Shown here piece by piece: positions 39,172-47,740 of a DNA stretch of 64,000 nucleotides. The DNA is taken from the NCBI GenBank assembly GCA_965206285.1, contig OZ242205.1, positions 130,149 to 194,148 of the forward strand. Direction: 5' to 3'. Position 1 is the first letter of the stretch. Each line of letters begins with the position of its first letter. Both the position numbers and the translations under genes were made by a program. The notes under the pieces are model-generated. The model saw nothing but the letters and a program-made list of their open reading frames with translations. It had not been told where the DNA came from and ran no database searches. This DNA is from Vicinamibacterales bacterium. GTDB taxonomy: Bacteria; Acidobacteriota; Vicinamibacteria; Vicinamibacterales; UBA8438.

Positions 39172-39759
39172 CTATGCTCGCCCCCCGGGCGCCGTGCGCC
39201 GGAGCTCGCACGCCTTCCGCACGAACGCTTCGACCCGGGCGAACTGCGACTCGACCAGAATCGCGTTCGGCAGGTCCGGCACTTCGGTGCGCGCATCGAG
39301 GTAGGCGATCGACGGTCTTCCGTACTGCAGCGACAGCCTTGCCTCGCTGGCCGTTCCCACGGAGCCCGGCAGAATGATAACGGCGTCGGACGACAGGATG
39401 GTCAAGTGATTGCGTGACCATTCGTCGCCGCTGTGCGCTCCGAGACTGTCGAGATGCGTGCCGATCGCGAGTTCGACCCAGCGGTTCGGATAGCCCGGCG
39501 GTGGCCGGCCTGCCGGGCCCTCCAGGCCACGGCGGCCGCAGCCCGGCAGGATGCCGATGGCGAGGCCGCGGCGGTGGGGTACGCCGACGAACGCCTCGGT
39601 GACGGCGGCCATCACGCCCGGGCCGCCGCCCGTCAGCAGGTGATAGCCGGCGCGGGCGATCCACGTCCCGACGCGTCGCGACCGTTCGGCATGCGGATGG
39701 CGGCTGGCGCCCATGACGCCAACGACCGGCCGCGACATCATCGATATCATCGGTGTCAT
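39172..39759 (-). CDS. LOG/TIGR00725-like Rossmann-fold protein
   Basis: GVMGAS...LLTGGGPGVMAAV...ILPGSVGTASE (PGGxGTxxE-like). Several candidate starts lie between 39738 and 39783. Confidence 0.65.
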   Translation of the reverse strand: MTPMISMMSRPVVGVMGASRHPHAERSRRVGTWIARAGYHLLTGGGPGVMAAVTEAFVGVPHRRGLAIGILPGCGRRGLEGPAGRPPPGYPNRWVELAIGTHLDSLGAHSGDEWSRNHLTILSSDAVIILPGSVGTASEARLSLQYGRPSIAYLDARTEVPDLPNAILVESQFARVEAFVRKACELRRTAPGGRA

Positions 39760-40057
39760 CACTATAGTGCAACCCGGGTGCAATCAGGCACGGTCCAGGG
39801 CCGAGACGGTGCGGCTCGCAGCTCATGATGCGGTGACGGACCAGCCATCGTTGGCGGATGTCCTCGGGCCGCCTCTGCCTCTTTCTGACGCCGATGGCCT
39901 CTCGGATCGCCAGCATGGTCCACGGGCTCGGGGATGACGCTTCGGAGACCCCGGGCGGCTCGGTTTGCCGCCGACCGTGCTCGTCGTCGCGGGAGCGGTC
40001 GGGCTCGCGCCGGTCATCCGGCCGATCCACTGAATCGCTGCGGGCCGCCCGGACGGA

Positions 40058-41140
40058 CTACCGGGTGTCCCCGGTCTGGAGGCGGCGGGAACACCAGTCG
40101 CGGTGCTCGACGTACCAGCGCACCGTCTCGTGCAGCCCCGGCCGGAACGGGCGGCGCGGGCTCCAGCCGAGCTCCGCGACGATCCGGGAGGCGTCGATGG
40201 CGTAGCGGCGGTCGTGGCCCGGACGATCCGGCACGAACGTCTTGAGGGTCCGGTAGCTCGCGCGGCTGTTCAGCGCCGGATTGGACGCGGCCGGCCGCAG
40301 ATCGTCGAGGGAGTCGCAGACCAGATCGACGATCTCCAGATTGCTCCGTTCGTTGCCGCCGCCGATGTTGTAGCGTTCGCCGGGCGTCCCCTCCGACAGC
40401 ACGCGCAGCAGCGCCGCGCAGTGGTCCTCGACGTGCAGCCAGTCGCGCACGTGCCCGCCGTCCCCGTAGATCGGCAGCGGGCGTCCCTCCAGGGCGTTGA
40501 GAATCATCAACGGGATCAGCTTCTCGGGGAACTGGTACGCGCCGTAGTTGTTCGAGCAGTGCGTGATCAGCACCGGCAGGCCGTAGGTGTGGAACCACGC
40601 GCGAGCCAGATGGTCCGCCGCCGCCTTGCTGGCCGCGTAGGGGGAGTTGGGCGCGTAGCGGCTGTCCTCGCGGAAACGCCCGGTCGGGCCGAGGGTGCCG
40701 TAGACCTCGTCGGTGGATACGTGCAGAAAGCGGAATGCCGGCCCGCCGCGCCGGGCCTCGCCGGCGAGGTGCGTCCTGGCGCATTCGAGGAGCACGGACG
40801 TGCCCACGACGTTGGTGTCGATGAACGACCGGGGACCGTGGATGGACCGATCGACGTGCGACTCCGCCGCCAGGTTCACGAGCGCCCTGGGCCGATGCGC
40901 GGCGAACACCTGCTCCATCGCCGCGCGGTCTGCGATGTCCGCCTCGATGAGCGCGAGCCGGGGATGGTCGAGCACCCCGGCGAGGTTCGACCGACTGCCG
41001 GCATAGGTGAGCTTGTCGACGACGACGAGACGATCCGCGGTGTGGTCCAGCGCCTGCCGAACGAGGTTCGACCCGATGAAGCCGGCTCCGCCGGTGATGA
41101 GCAGCGTCTCTGCCAGAGGGGTTGTCCTCCGCGCCCGCAA
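40058..41140 (-). CDS. rfbB: dTDP-glucose 4,6-dehydratase
   Basis: TTG 41140 is the only start codon before TGGAGFIGS. STDEVYG and YAASKAA also present. No rfbA/C/D nearby. Confidence 0.85.
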   Translation of the reverse strand: MRARRTTPLAETLLITGGAGFIGSNLVRQALDHTADRLVVVDKLTYAGSRSNLAGVLDHPRLALIEADIADRAAMEQVFAAHRPRALVNLAAESHVDRSIHGPRSFIDTNVVGTSVLLECARTHLAGEARRGGPAFRFLHVSTDEVYGTLGPTGRFREDSRYAPNSPYAASKAAADHLARAWFHTYGLPVLITHCSNNYGAYQFPEKLIPLMILNALEGRPLPIYGDGGHVRDWLHVEDHCAALLRVLSEGTPGERYNIGGGNERSNLEIVDLVCDSLDDLRPAASNPALNSRASYRTLKTFVPDRPGHDRRYAIDASRIVAELGWSPRRPFRPGLHETVRWYVEHRDWCSRRLQTGDTR

Positions 41141-41149
41141 CGATTTGCC

Positions 41150-41222
41150 GGCGCAGGGCTCCGCGCCTCCCGCAGGAAGCGCCGATTCCTGCAGGGTTGG
41201 TGGGCGACAGGTGGAGCCCGGA
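41150..41222 (+). repeat. probable degenerate family 1 repeat
   Basis: ...GCGCCGATTCCTGCAGGGTTGGTGGGCGACAGGTGGAGCC aligns by eye with GCGCGGACTTCTGCCGGGTTGGTTGGGCGGCAAGCGGAGCC. Lies between rfbB and the upstream gene. Confidence 0.4.
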
Positions 41223-41233
41223 TGATGTGCGGG

Positions 41234-42310
41234 CTAACGCGAGTCGTCCTGTCCTTCTCCCCCGTCCTGCGTCCGTTCGGCCGCCTGCCGCTCGACGTTC
41301 CTCGCCACCTCGAGAATGTGCCGGATGTCATGGTTCCCTTCGTGGCACGCGTACTCGTAGAGGGGGCCGTCGCGTTTCATCAGCGGGAACTCCGCGCTCC
41401 AGGGCTGCGCCCAGGTCTTGTCGTCCTGCACCGTGAACTCGTACCGGATTGTCTCCGCGTCGACGCGGGTGAAGCGTTCGACGACGTGCAACGCCTCGGC
41501 CGATCCTTCGTAGTGGGTCTTCTCGTTGAAGTTGATCGTGTCCACCACCAGCGTGTCGCCCTCCCAGCGCCCGCGGGAGTCGCCCGGCCACTGCCGGATG
41601 CGCGACGGCAGGTGGGGGCCGCCGAGGGGGATGATGCGGGGCGGGTTGTTGCTCATCTCCTGCATGACGACGACGTGGTCGGGGGTCTGGAAGATCTGGA
41701 GCATGTCGTTGTAGGACGGCGGCACCATCGGCGGGCCCTCGTGCCGCCAGACCAGGCAGCGTTCCTGCAGCGTGCGCGTGTGGTAGTCGTCGTACGAGGG
41801 CTCGTCGATGTTGTAGACGAGATGCCGACTCGCCCGCCGGCGCGCCGCTTCGCGGTCCACCGCCTCCGGAACGCGCGGCGGGATCCGCCCGTTCGGCGGG
41901 TCGACGATCAGGGACGTGCGCCGGCTCGAGAACGTCTTCCGCGCTTCTTCCGTCAGCCAGACGGCGTTGTCGTAGTGGATGTTCTCCTGCGACTGGCGGG
42001 TCACGGCCAGCCGCTCCTCCTCCGTATCGGCCGCGAGAATGCCGCGCGCCCGCAACGGGTCGACCCCGTCCTCGGCCACGAGGGCCGCGAGTTCGGCCGC
42101 CTCCTCCTCGGTCAGGAACGCGCGCTCGGCCAGCGTCTCCGGGCGTTCCAGCGGCGTGTAGGTGGCGCTGGTCCAGATCCCCTGCAGGTCGGGGTCGCCC
42201 CAGGGCGTCCGCGGGCCGGGGCTCTGCGCCGGTTGACTCGCCGCCGACAAGGGAAGCACACCGGCGGTGATGACCGCAGCCAGCAACGAAACACCGTATC
42301 GTCGGCTCAT
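41234..42310 (-). CDS. exported conserved hypothetical protein (paralog A)
   Basis: ATG 42310, 358 aa, signal peptide. PRTPWGDPDLQGIWT near the N-terminus, WEGDTLVVDTINF, YEYACHEGNH near the C-terminus. I know no family name for it. Confidence 0.75.
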   Translation of the reverse strand: MSRRYGVSLLAAVITAGVLPLSAASQPAQSPGPRTPWGDPDLQGIWTSATYTPLERPETLAERAFLTEEEAAELAALVAEDGVDPLRARGILAADTEEERLAVTRQSQENIHYDNAVWLTEEARKTFSSRRTSLIVDPPNGRIPPRVPEAVDREAARRRASRHLVYNIDEPSYDDYHTRTLQERCLVWRHEGPPMVPPSYNDMLQIFQTPDHVVVMQEMSNNPPRIIPLGGPHLPSRIRQWPGDSRGRWEGDTLVVDTINFNEKTHYEGSAEALHVVERFTRVDAETIRYEFTVQDDKTWAQPWSAEFPLMKRDGPLYEYACHEGNHDIRHILEVARNVERQAAERTQDGGEGQDDSR

Positions 42311-42390
42311 GGCGCGTCCTCCAGGCACATGGTATCGCGTACGGGCATCATGCCTTGCGCGGGCCGTGCGCGCAATACCCGCGCCGCGAG

Positions 42391-42618
42391 CAGCCCGTGG
42401 TGAGACCCCGCATTGCACCGAGAGCGGCGACTGTGCCAGCGGGCTGAAGAGCGCCCGTGCCAGCGGGCTGAAGAGCGCCCGTGCCTGACCAGGCGTGAGG
42501 AGGGCTCATATCGGGCATGTCGCAACCGCGGACTGCACGCAGTCCGTCCGAACGACGCAGTCAGGAGGCATGCATCGCCGCTCGAATGCAGCGGGGACTC
42601 TCGCCGCGGGCCGCCAGC
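42391..42618 (+). repeat. family 2 repeat interrupted by an insertion of about 138 bp
   Basis: The left arm CAGCCCGTGGTGAGACCCCGCATTGCACCGAGAGCGGCGA matches 16951-16990 at 36 of 40 positions. The partner TCGCCGCTCGAATGCAGCGGGG follows only after 42431-42568. Confidence 0.7.
42433..42485 (+). repeat. 24-bp tandem repeat, 2.2 copies
   Basis: GTGCCAGCGGGCTGAAGAGCGCCC at 42433-42456 and 42457-42480, then GTGCC. Confidence 0.9.
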
Positions 42619-42839
42619 CTTGCGCGGGCGGCGCCGGTGGGCGATCATGCGACCAGCGTCGGGCTCGGGACTCCGTGGCGACGGCTCCGCTCGATTCGAC
42701 CCGCGAGGCGGCTCGACGCGTCGCTCCCGGGTCCACGATGCCCACAGGGGCCCCGTCGCGCCGGGCCGGGCTTCACCGGTTTCGGTCGAGCGCTCGTGTT
42801 TCCACCATGGGCCCCGGGGACGACCGCAGGAGGATGACA

Positions 42840-43823
42840 ATGGTCCAGCGAGGTCTCGCCGCCCTGATCCTGATCGTCGTCGCGCTGGCTCCCGCGCCGG
42901 CCGGCAGCCAGCCCCGATCCGCGGAGCCGGCGATGCCGGTGGCGCCCCGGACCCCCTGGGGAGATCCCGACCTGCAGGGGCAGTGGAACAGCCAGACGTC
43001 GACCCCGCTCGAACGGCCCGCCGAGGGGCCGTTGGCGGGCCGGGAGACCGTGCCCCTCGAGGAGGCGGCGACGCTGGAAGCGACCAACCGGGCCAACTTC
43101 GACCTGCCGCCCCGGGAAGGCAGCGTCGGCAACTACAACGCCTTCTGGCGCGACGTCGGCCGGGCCCTGGCCCGGACGTCGCTGATCGTCGATCCGCCGG
43201 ACGGCCGCATCCCTGCGTTGTCGCCGGAAGGGCGCGCGAGAATCGAGGCCGAACGCGCCGAGCGGAGCACGCGCGGGCCGTCCAACTCGCCCGACATCTA
43301 TTCCGATCTCAGCCCCTGGACCCGCTGCATCTCGCGCGGGTGGAACGGCATCGGGAGCTGGTACAGCAGCAACTACCAGATCTTCCAGACGCCGGGCTAC
43401 GTCGTCGTCTTCCAGGAGCTCATCCACGAGCCGCGCATCATCCCGCTCGACGGGCGGCCGCATCTTCCCCCGTCGGTCGGCCAGTGGATGGGCGACTCCC
43501 GCGGCCATTGGGAAGGCGACACGCTGGTGGTCGAGACCACCAACTTCGACCCCAAGACCAGCTATCAGGGCTCGCGCGACACCCTGCACCTGACCGAACG
43601 CTATACGCGGGTGGACGACGACACCATCGACTACCGGTTCACCGTCGACGACCCCCGGACGTTCACCCGGCCGTGGACCGTCTCCCGCCCCATGACCCGG
43701 ATCGCGGATCGCGTGTCCATCTTCGAGTACGCGTGCCACGAGGGGAACTACGCGATGGCCGGCATCCTCGCCGGGGCCCGCGCCGAAGAGCGGGCGGCCG
43801 AGCCGGCGGCGCCCCCCAGGTGA
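42840..43823 (+). CDS. exported conserved hypothetical protein (paralog B)
   Basis: ATG 42840 after GCAGGAGG (42834 is an alternative), 327 aa, signal peptide. PRTPWGDPDLQGQW, WEGDTLVVETTNF, FEYACHEGNY. Confidence 0.75.
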   Translation: MVQRGLAALILIVVALAPAPAGSQPRSAEPAMPVAPRTPWGDPDLQGQWNSQTSTPLERPAEGPLAGRETVPLEEAATLEATNRANFDLPPREGSVGNYNAFWRDVGRALARTSLIVDPPDGRIPALSPEGRARIEAERAERSTRGPSNSPDIYSDLSPWTRCISRGWNGIGSWYSSNYQIFQTPGYVVVFQELIHEPRIIPLDGRPHLPPSVGQWMGDSRGHWEGDTLVVETTNFDPKTSYQGSRDTLHLTERYTRVDDDTIDYRFTVDDPRTFTRPWTVSRPMTRIADRVSIFEYACHEGNYAMAGILAGARAEERAAEPAAPPR

Positions 43824-43882
43824 TCCGATGTTCATAATGGGGTAGAATGCGCGGGATCGGACAACCCGCACTGGAGGCCTGG

Positions 43883-46312
43883 ATGACGGAAGGCCTGGAA
43901 CGGATGCTCAAGGGTCGGCTCGCGCGGCGCGCCTTCGTCTGTCTCGCCGGCCTTGCCCTGCCGCTGGCCGCGGCGGAAGCGCAGCCGGCGTCGTCCGCGT
44001 CCGCCGTTGCCGAATCGGCGGCCCCGGAGCGGGCGGTCATCAACCGCTACTGCGTCACCTGTCACAACGACCGCCTCCAGACGGGCGGCCTGTCTCTGCA
44101 AGGCGTGGACGTCGGCGACGTCGCCGCGCACGCGGAGGTGTGGGAGAGGGTCGTCAGGAAGCTGCGCGCGGGCGCGATGCCTCCGCAGCCGCGTCCGCGC
44201 CCCGATGCCGCGACCCATCAGCGCCTGCTCGCCCATATCGAGACCGCGCTCGACCAGGCGGCGAGGGCCAATCCCGATCCCGGCCGCACCGAGACCTTCC
44301 GGCGGTTGAACCGGACCGAGTATCAGAACGCCATCCGGGAGCTGCTGGCCCTGGAGATCGACGTCACCGCGCTGCTGCCGCGGGACGACGCCGCCTTCGG
44401 GTTCGACAACGTGAACACCGGCGGGTTGTCGCCGACGCTCATGGAGCGGTATCTGGCCGCCGCCCATACCGTCAGCGAGTTGGCGGTGGGCAGCCGGTCG
44501 CCCGCCCCGGGGAGCCGCGTGGTCGTCGTGCCGGCCGACCGCACCCAGGAGGACCACGTCGACGGTCTGCCGTTCGGCACCCGCGGGGGGACCGTGGTCG
44601 GCCACGTCTTTCCCTTCGACGGCGAGTACGAGATTCAGGTCCGCCTGCAGCGCAACCGCAACGAGAACGTCGAGGGGTTGACCGAGCCGCACGAGGTCGA
44701 GCTGACCCTCGACGGCGAGCGGTTGGGGCTCTTCACCATGGAGCCGAGCACGAACATGGTGGTTCAGGCCAACGCGACGTACTACGCGGACGCGGGGATC
44801 GACAACCACCTGAACGCGCGCCTGCCGGTCACCGCGGGACCCCACCGGGTGGGCGCCGCCTTCATCAAGAAGAACTCGGCGCTACAGGAGACCACGCGCC
44901 AGCCCTACGACGCCCACTACAACATGGATCGCCACCCCCGGCAGCAGCCGGCGGTGCGCACCATCTCGATCGCCGGGCCGTTCAACCCCTCGGGCATCGG
45001 CGAGACGCCGAGCCGCGACCGCGTCTTCTCGTGCCGTCCCGCCGACGGCACGGCCGAGGAGGCCGAGGCGTGCGCCGCCGGCATCATCTCCTCGCTGGCG
45101 CGGCGCGCCTACCGGCGGCCCGTCACGTTCGGCGATATCGAGCAGTTGACCGGGTTCTACCGGGAAGGGTCTGCCGAGGGCGGGTTCGAGGCCGGCGTCG
45201 AGACCGCCCTGCGGGCCCTGCTGACGAGCCCCGAGTTCCTGTTCCGCATCGAGCGCGACCCCGCGGGCGTGGAGGCGGGAACCGCGTATCCCGTCAGCGA
45301 TCTCGAGCTGGCCTCGCGCCTGTCGTTCTTCCTGTGGAGCAGCCTGCCCGACGACGAGCTGATCGACGTCGCGGCGGCCGGCCGCCTGCGCGACGCCGAC
45401 GTGCTGCAGGCCCAGGTGCGGCGCATGCTGGCGGATCCGCGCGCCGAGACCCTGACCACGAACTTCGCGTCCCAGTGGCTGCACCTGCGGAACCTCGACG
45501 CGGTGCGGCCCGACGCGCGCGCCTTCCCCGACTTCGACGACAACCTGCGGCAGGGCTTCCGCACCGAGACCCAGCTGCTGTTCGGCAGCGTCGTCGAGGA
45601 AGACCGCAGCGTGACCGACCTGCTCACCGCGGACTACACGTTCCTCAACGAGCGGGTCGCCACGCACTACGGCGTGCCGGGCATCTACGGCGACCACTTC
45701 CGGCGCGTCGCCCTGCCCGCGGACAGCCCCCGCGCCGGGGTGCTTGGGCACGGGAGCATCCTGACCGTGACGTCCTACGCCACCCGGACCTCGCCGGTGC
45801 TGCGCGGCAAGTGGATTCTCGAGAACCTGCTGGGGACGCCCCCGCCGCCCCCGCCGCCCAACGTGCCGCCTCTCGAGGAGAGCGCGTCGTCGACCGAAGT
45901 GACGTCGATGCGCGAGCGGATGGTGGCGCACCGGCAGAACCCGGCCTGCGCGGTCTGTCACCGCATCATGGACCCGGCCGGGCTGTCGATGGAGAACTTC
46001 GACGCCATCGGCCGGTGGCGCGACGCGGAGGGCGCTGCGGCCATCGACGCGTCCGGGAACCTGCCCGGAGGCGAGTCCTTCGACGGCGTCGCCGGACTGC
46101 GCCGGGCCCTGCTCGACCGCCCGGAGGTGTTCGTCGGCACCCTGACCGAGAAGCTCCTGATCTATGCGCTGGGGCGCGGCGTCGAGCACGCCGACGGCCC
46201 CGCGGTTCGCGCGATCGTCGACGCCGCGTCCGGCGACGACTATCGCTTCTCGTCGCTCATCCTCGGTATCGTTCAGAGCCCGCCCTTTCAGATGAGGAGA
46301 TCGCAGTCATGA
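43883..46312 (+). CDS. DUF1592/DUF1588-type multidomain cytochrome c protein
   Basis: ATG 43883 after GGAGG. Signal peptide and NRYCVTCHNDRLQTGGLSL heme-c site. Its size and the DUF1552 partner fit the PSCyt3/PSD architecture. Family assignment is from memory. Confidence 0.75.
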   Translation: MTEGLERMLKGRLARRAFVCLAGLALPLAAAEAQPASSASAVAESAAPERAVINRYCVTCHNDRLQTGGLSLQGVDVGDVAAHAEVWERVVRKLRAGAMPPQPRPRPDAATHQRLLAHIETALDQAARANPDPGRTETFRRLNRTEYQNAIRELLALEIDVTALLPRDDAAFGFDNVNTGGLSPTLMERYLAAAHTVSELAVGSRSPAPGSRVVVVPADRTQEDHVDGLPFGTRGGTVVGHVFPFDGEYEIQVRLQRNRNENVEGLTEPHEVELTLDGERLGLFTMEPSTNMVVQANATYYADAGIDNHLNARLPVTAGPHRVGAAFIKKNSALQETTRQPYDAHYNMDRHPRQQPAVRTISIAGPFNPSGIGETPSRDRVFSCRPADGTAEEAEACAAGIISSLARRAYRRPVTFGDIEQLTGFYREGSAEGGFEAGVETALRALLTSPEFLFRIERDPAGVEAGTAYPVSDLELASRLSFFLWSSLPDDELIDVAAAGRLRDADVLQAQVRRMLADPRAETLTTNFASQWLHLRNLDAVRPDARAFPDFDDNLRQGFRTETQLLFGSVVEEDRSVTDLLTADYTFLNERVATHYGVPGIYGDHFRRVALPADSPRAGVLGHGSILTVTSYATRTSPVLRGKWILENLLGTPPPPPPPNVPPLEESASSTEVTSMRERMVAHRQNPACAVCHRIMDPAGLSMENFDAIGRWRDAEGAAAIDASGNLPGGESFDGVAGLRRALLDRPEVFVGTLTEKLLIYALGRGVEHADGPAVRAIVDAASGDDYRFSSLILGIVQSPPFQMRRSQS

Positions 46313-47655
46313 TCATCAGCAAGATGGCCCTGCCGCGGCGGACGTTCCTGCGTGGCGTGGGAGCGACCCTGGCCCTGCCGCTGCTCGACGCCATGGTGCC
46401 GGCGGCATCCGCGCTGGCCAACACCGCCGCGGCGGCGCCGAGGCGGCTCGGCTACGTGTACATCCCGATGGGGATGAACCCGGTGCCGTGGACGCCGGCC
46501 GAGGTGGGCCGGATGACCACGCTGTCGCCGTCGCTGTCGCCGCTGCTGCCGCATCTCGAGAACGTGACGGTCGTGACCAACCTCGAGATCAACGAGGCGC
46601 ACATCTCCGGGAACCACGCGTCGGCGAACTCGGCCTTCCTCACCTGCGTTCGCCCGAAGCGCACCGAGGGCAGCGACTACGTCAACGGCACCTCGGTCGA
46701 CCAGATCGCGGCCCGGAAGGTGGGTGGCGACACGCCGCTGCCGTCGCTCGAGATCGGCACCGACCTGATCGCCCAGGTCGGCAACTGCGACAACGGGTTC
46801 GCCTGCGCCTACATGAACAGTCTGTCGTGGGCGTCCCCGACCGCCCCGAACCCGACCGAGGCGGATCCGCGCATCGTCTTCGAGCGCCTGTTCGGCAAGG
46901 GCGGCACCCCCGAGCAGCGCAAGGCGCAGTTGCACCGGGACCGCAGCATCCTCGACTGGGTGCTCGACGACATGTCCCGCCTGCAGTCGCAGCTCGGGGC
47001 CGGCGACCGGAACCGGGTCGACGAGTATCTCGACACCGTCCGCGAGGTCGAGCGGCGCATCGAGCGCGCCGAGGCGTCGGCGACCGACTCGCCGCTGAGC
47101 GACCTGACCCGTCCCACGAGCGTGCCCGACGTCTGGGAGGACCACGTCAAGCTGATGTACGACCTGCAGGTGCTCGCGCTGCGGGCGGACCTGACCCGGG
47201 TCATCACGTTCCAGATGGCGCGCGAGGCCAGCACCCGCACCTATCCGCAGATCGGCGTGCCGGATCCGCACCACCCGACGTCGCACCATCTCGACAACCC
47301 CGAGAAGCTGGCCCAGCTCGCGAAGATCAACCAGTATCACGTCTCGCTCTTCGCGTACATGGTCGATCAGCTGAAGCGCACCGAGGACGGCGACGGCACC
47401 CTGCTCGACCACACGACCTACATGCTCGGCAGCGGACTCGGCAACCCGAACGTCCACGACCACCGCAACCTGCCCATCGTCGTGGCGAGCGGGGCGGGGT
47501 CGCGCATCGCCGGCGGGCGCCACGTCAAGTACGACGAGCTGACGCCGATGGCGAACTTCCACCTGACCCTGCTCGACGACGTGGGGGTGCACCTGGACGA
47601 CTTCGCCGACAGCACCGGCCGGACCGGCGAGATCGTCGAGCCGTTGTCGCTGTAG
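46309..47655 (+). CDS. DUF1552 (HXXSHH) protein with Tat signal
   Basis: ATG 46309 overlaps the upstream stop, RBS GAGGAG. Twin-arginine PRRTFLRG. HPTSHH is the HXXSHH motif. Confidence 0.8.
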   Translation: MIISKMALPRRTFLRGVGATLALPLLDAMVPAASALANTAAAAPRRLGYVYIPMGMNPVPWTPAEVGRMTTLSPSLSPLLPHLENVTVVTNLEINEAHISGNHASANSAFLTCVRPKRTEGSDYVNGTSVDQIAARKVGGDTPLPSLEIGTDLIAQVGNCDNGFACAYMNSLSWASPTAPNPTEADPRIVFERLFGKGGTPEQRKAQLHRDRSILDWVLDDMSRLQSQLGAGDRNRVDEYLDTVREVERRIERAEASATDSPLSDLTRPTSVPDVWEDHVKLMYDLQVLALRADLTRVITFQMAREASTRTYPQIGVPDPHHPTSHHLDNPEKLAQLAKINQYHVSLFAYMVDQLKRTEDGDGTLLDHTTYMLGSGLGNPNVHDHRNLPIVVASGAGSRIAGGRHVKYDELTPMANFHLTLLDDVGVHLDDFADSTGRTGEIVEPLSL

Positions 47656-47672
47656 CGCACACGGGAGGTTAC

Positions 47673-47716
47673 GCGGGCTGCCGGCTTCTCAGGCCGGCAG
47701 CCCGCGAGTCGTTTTC
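47673..47716 (+). terminator. intrinsic terminator after the DUF1552 gene
   Basis: Perfect 13-bp stem GCGGGCTGCCGGC/GCCGGCAGCCCGC with a 7-nt loop, followed by GAGTCGTTTTC. Confidence 0.7.
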
Positions 47717-47740
47717 GGGCTCGTTCACGGGAGGCATTCC

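Noticed and set aside
40103-42403. 766-aa plus-strand ORF
   Set aside because: It is antisense to rfbB and to exported paralog A, both with strong protein-like signatures. No domain recognisable.
44140-47655. 1171-aa plus-strand ORF
   Set aside because: Only the last 448 codons (from ATG 46309) are real (DUF1552). The upstream part is an out-of-frame overlay of the DUF1592-type gene.
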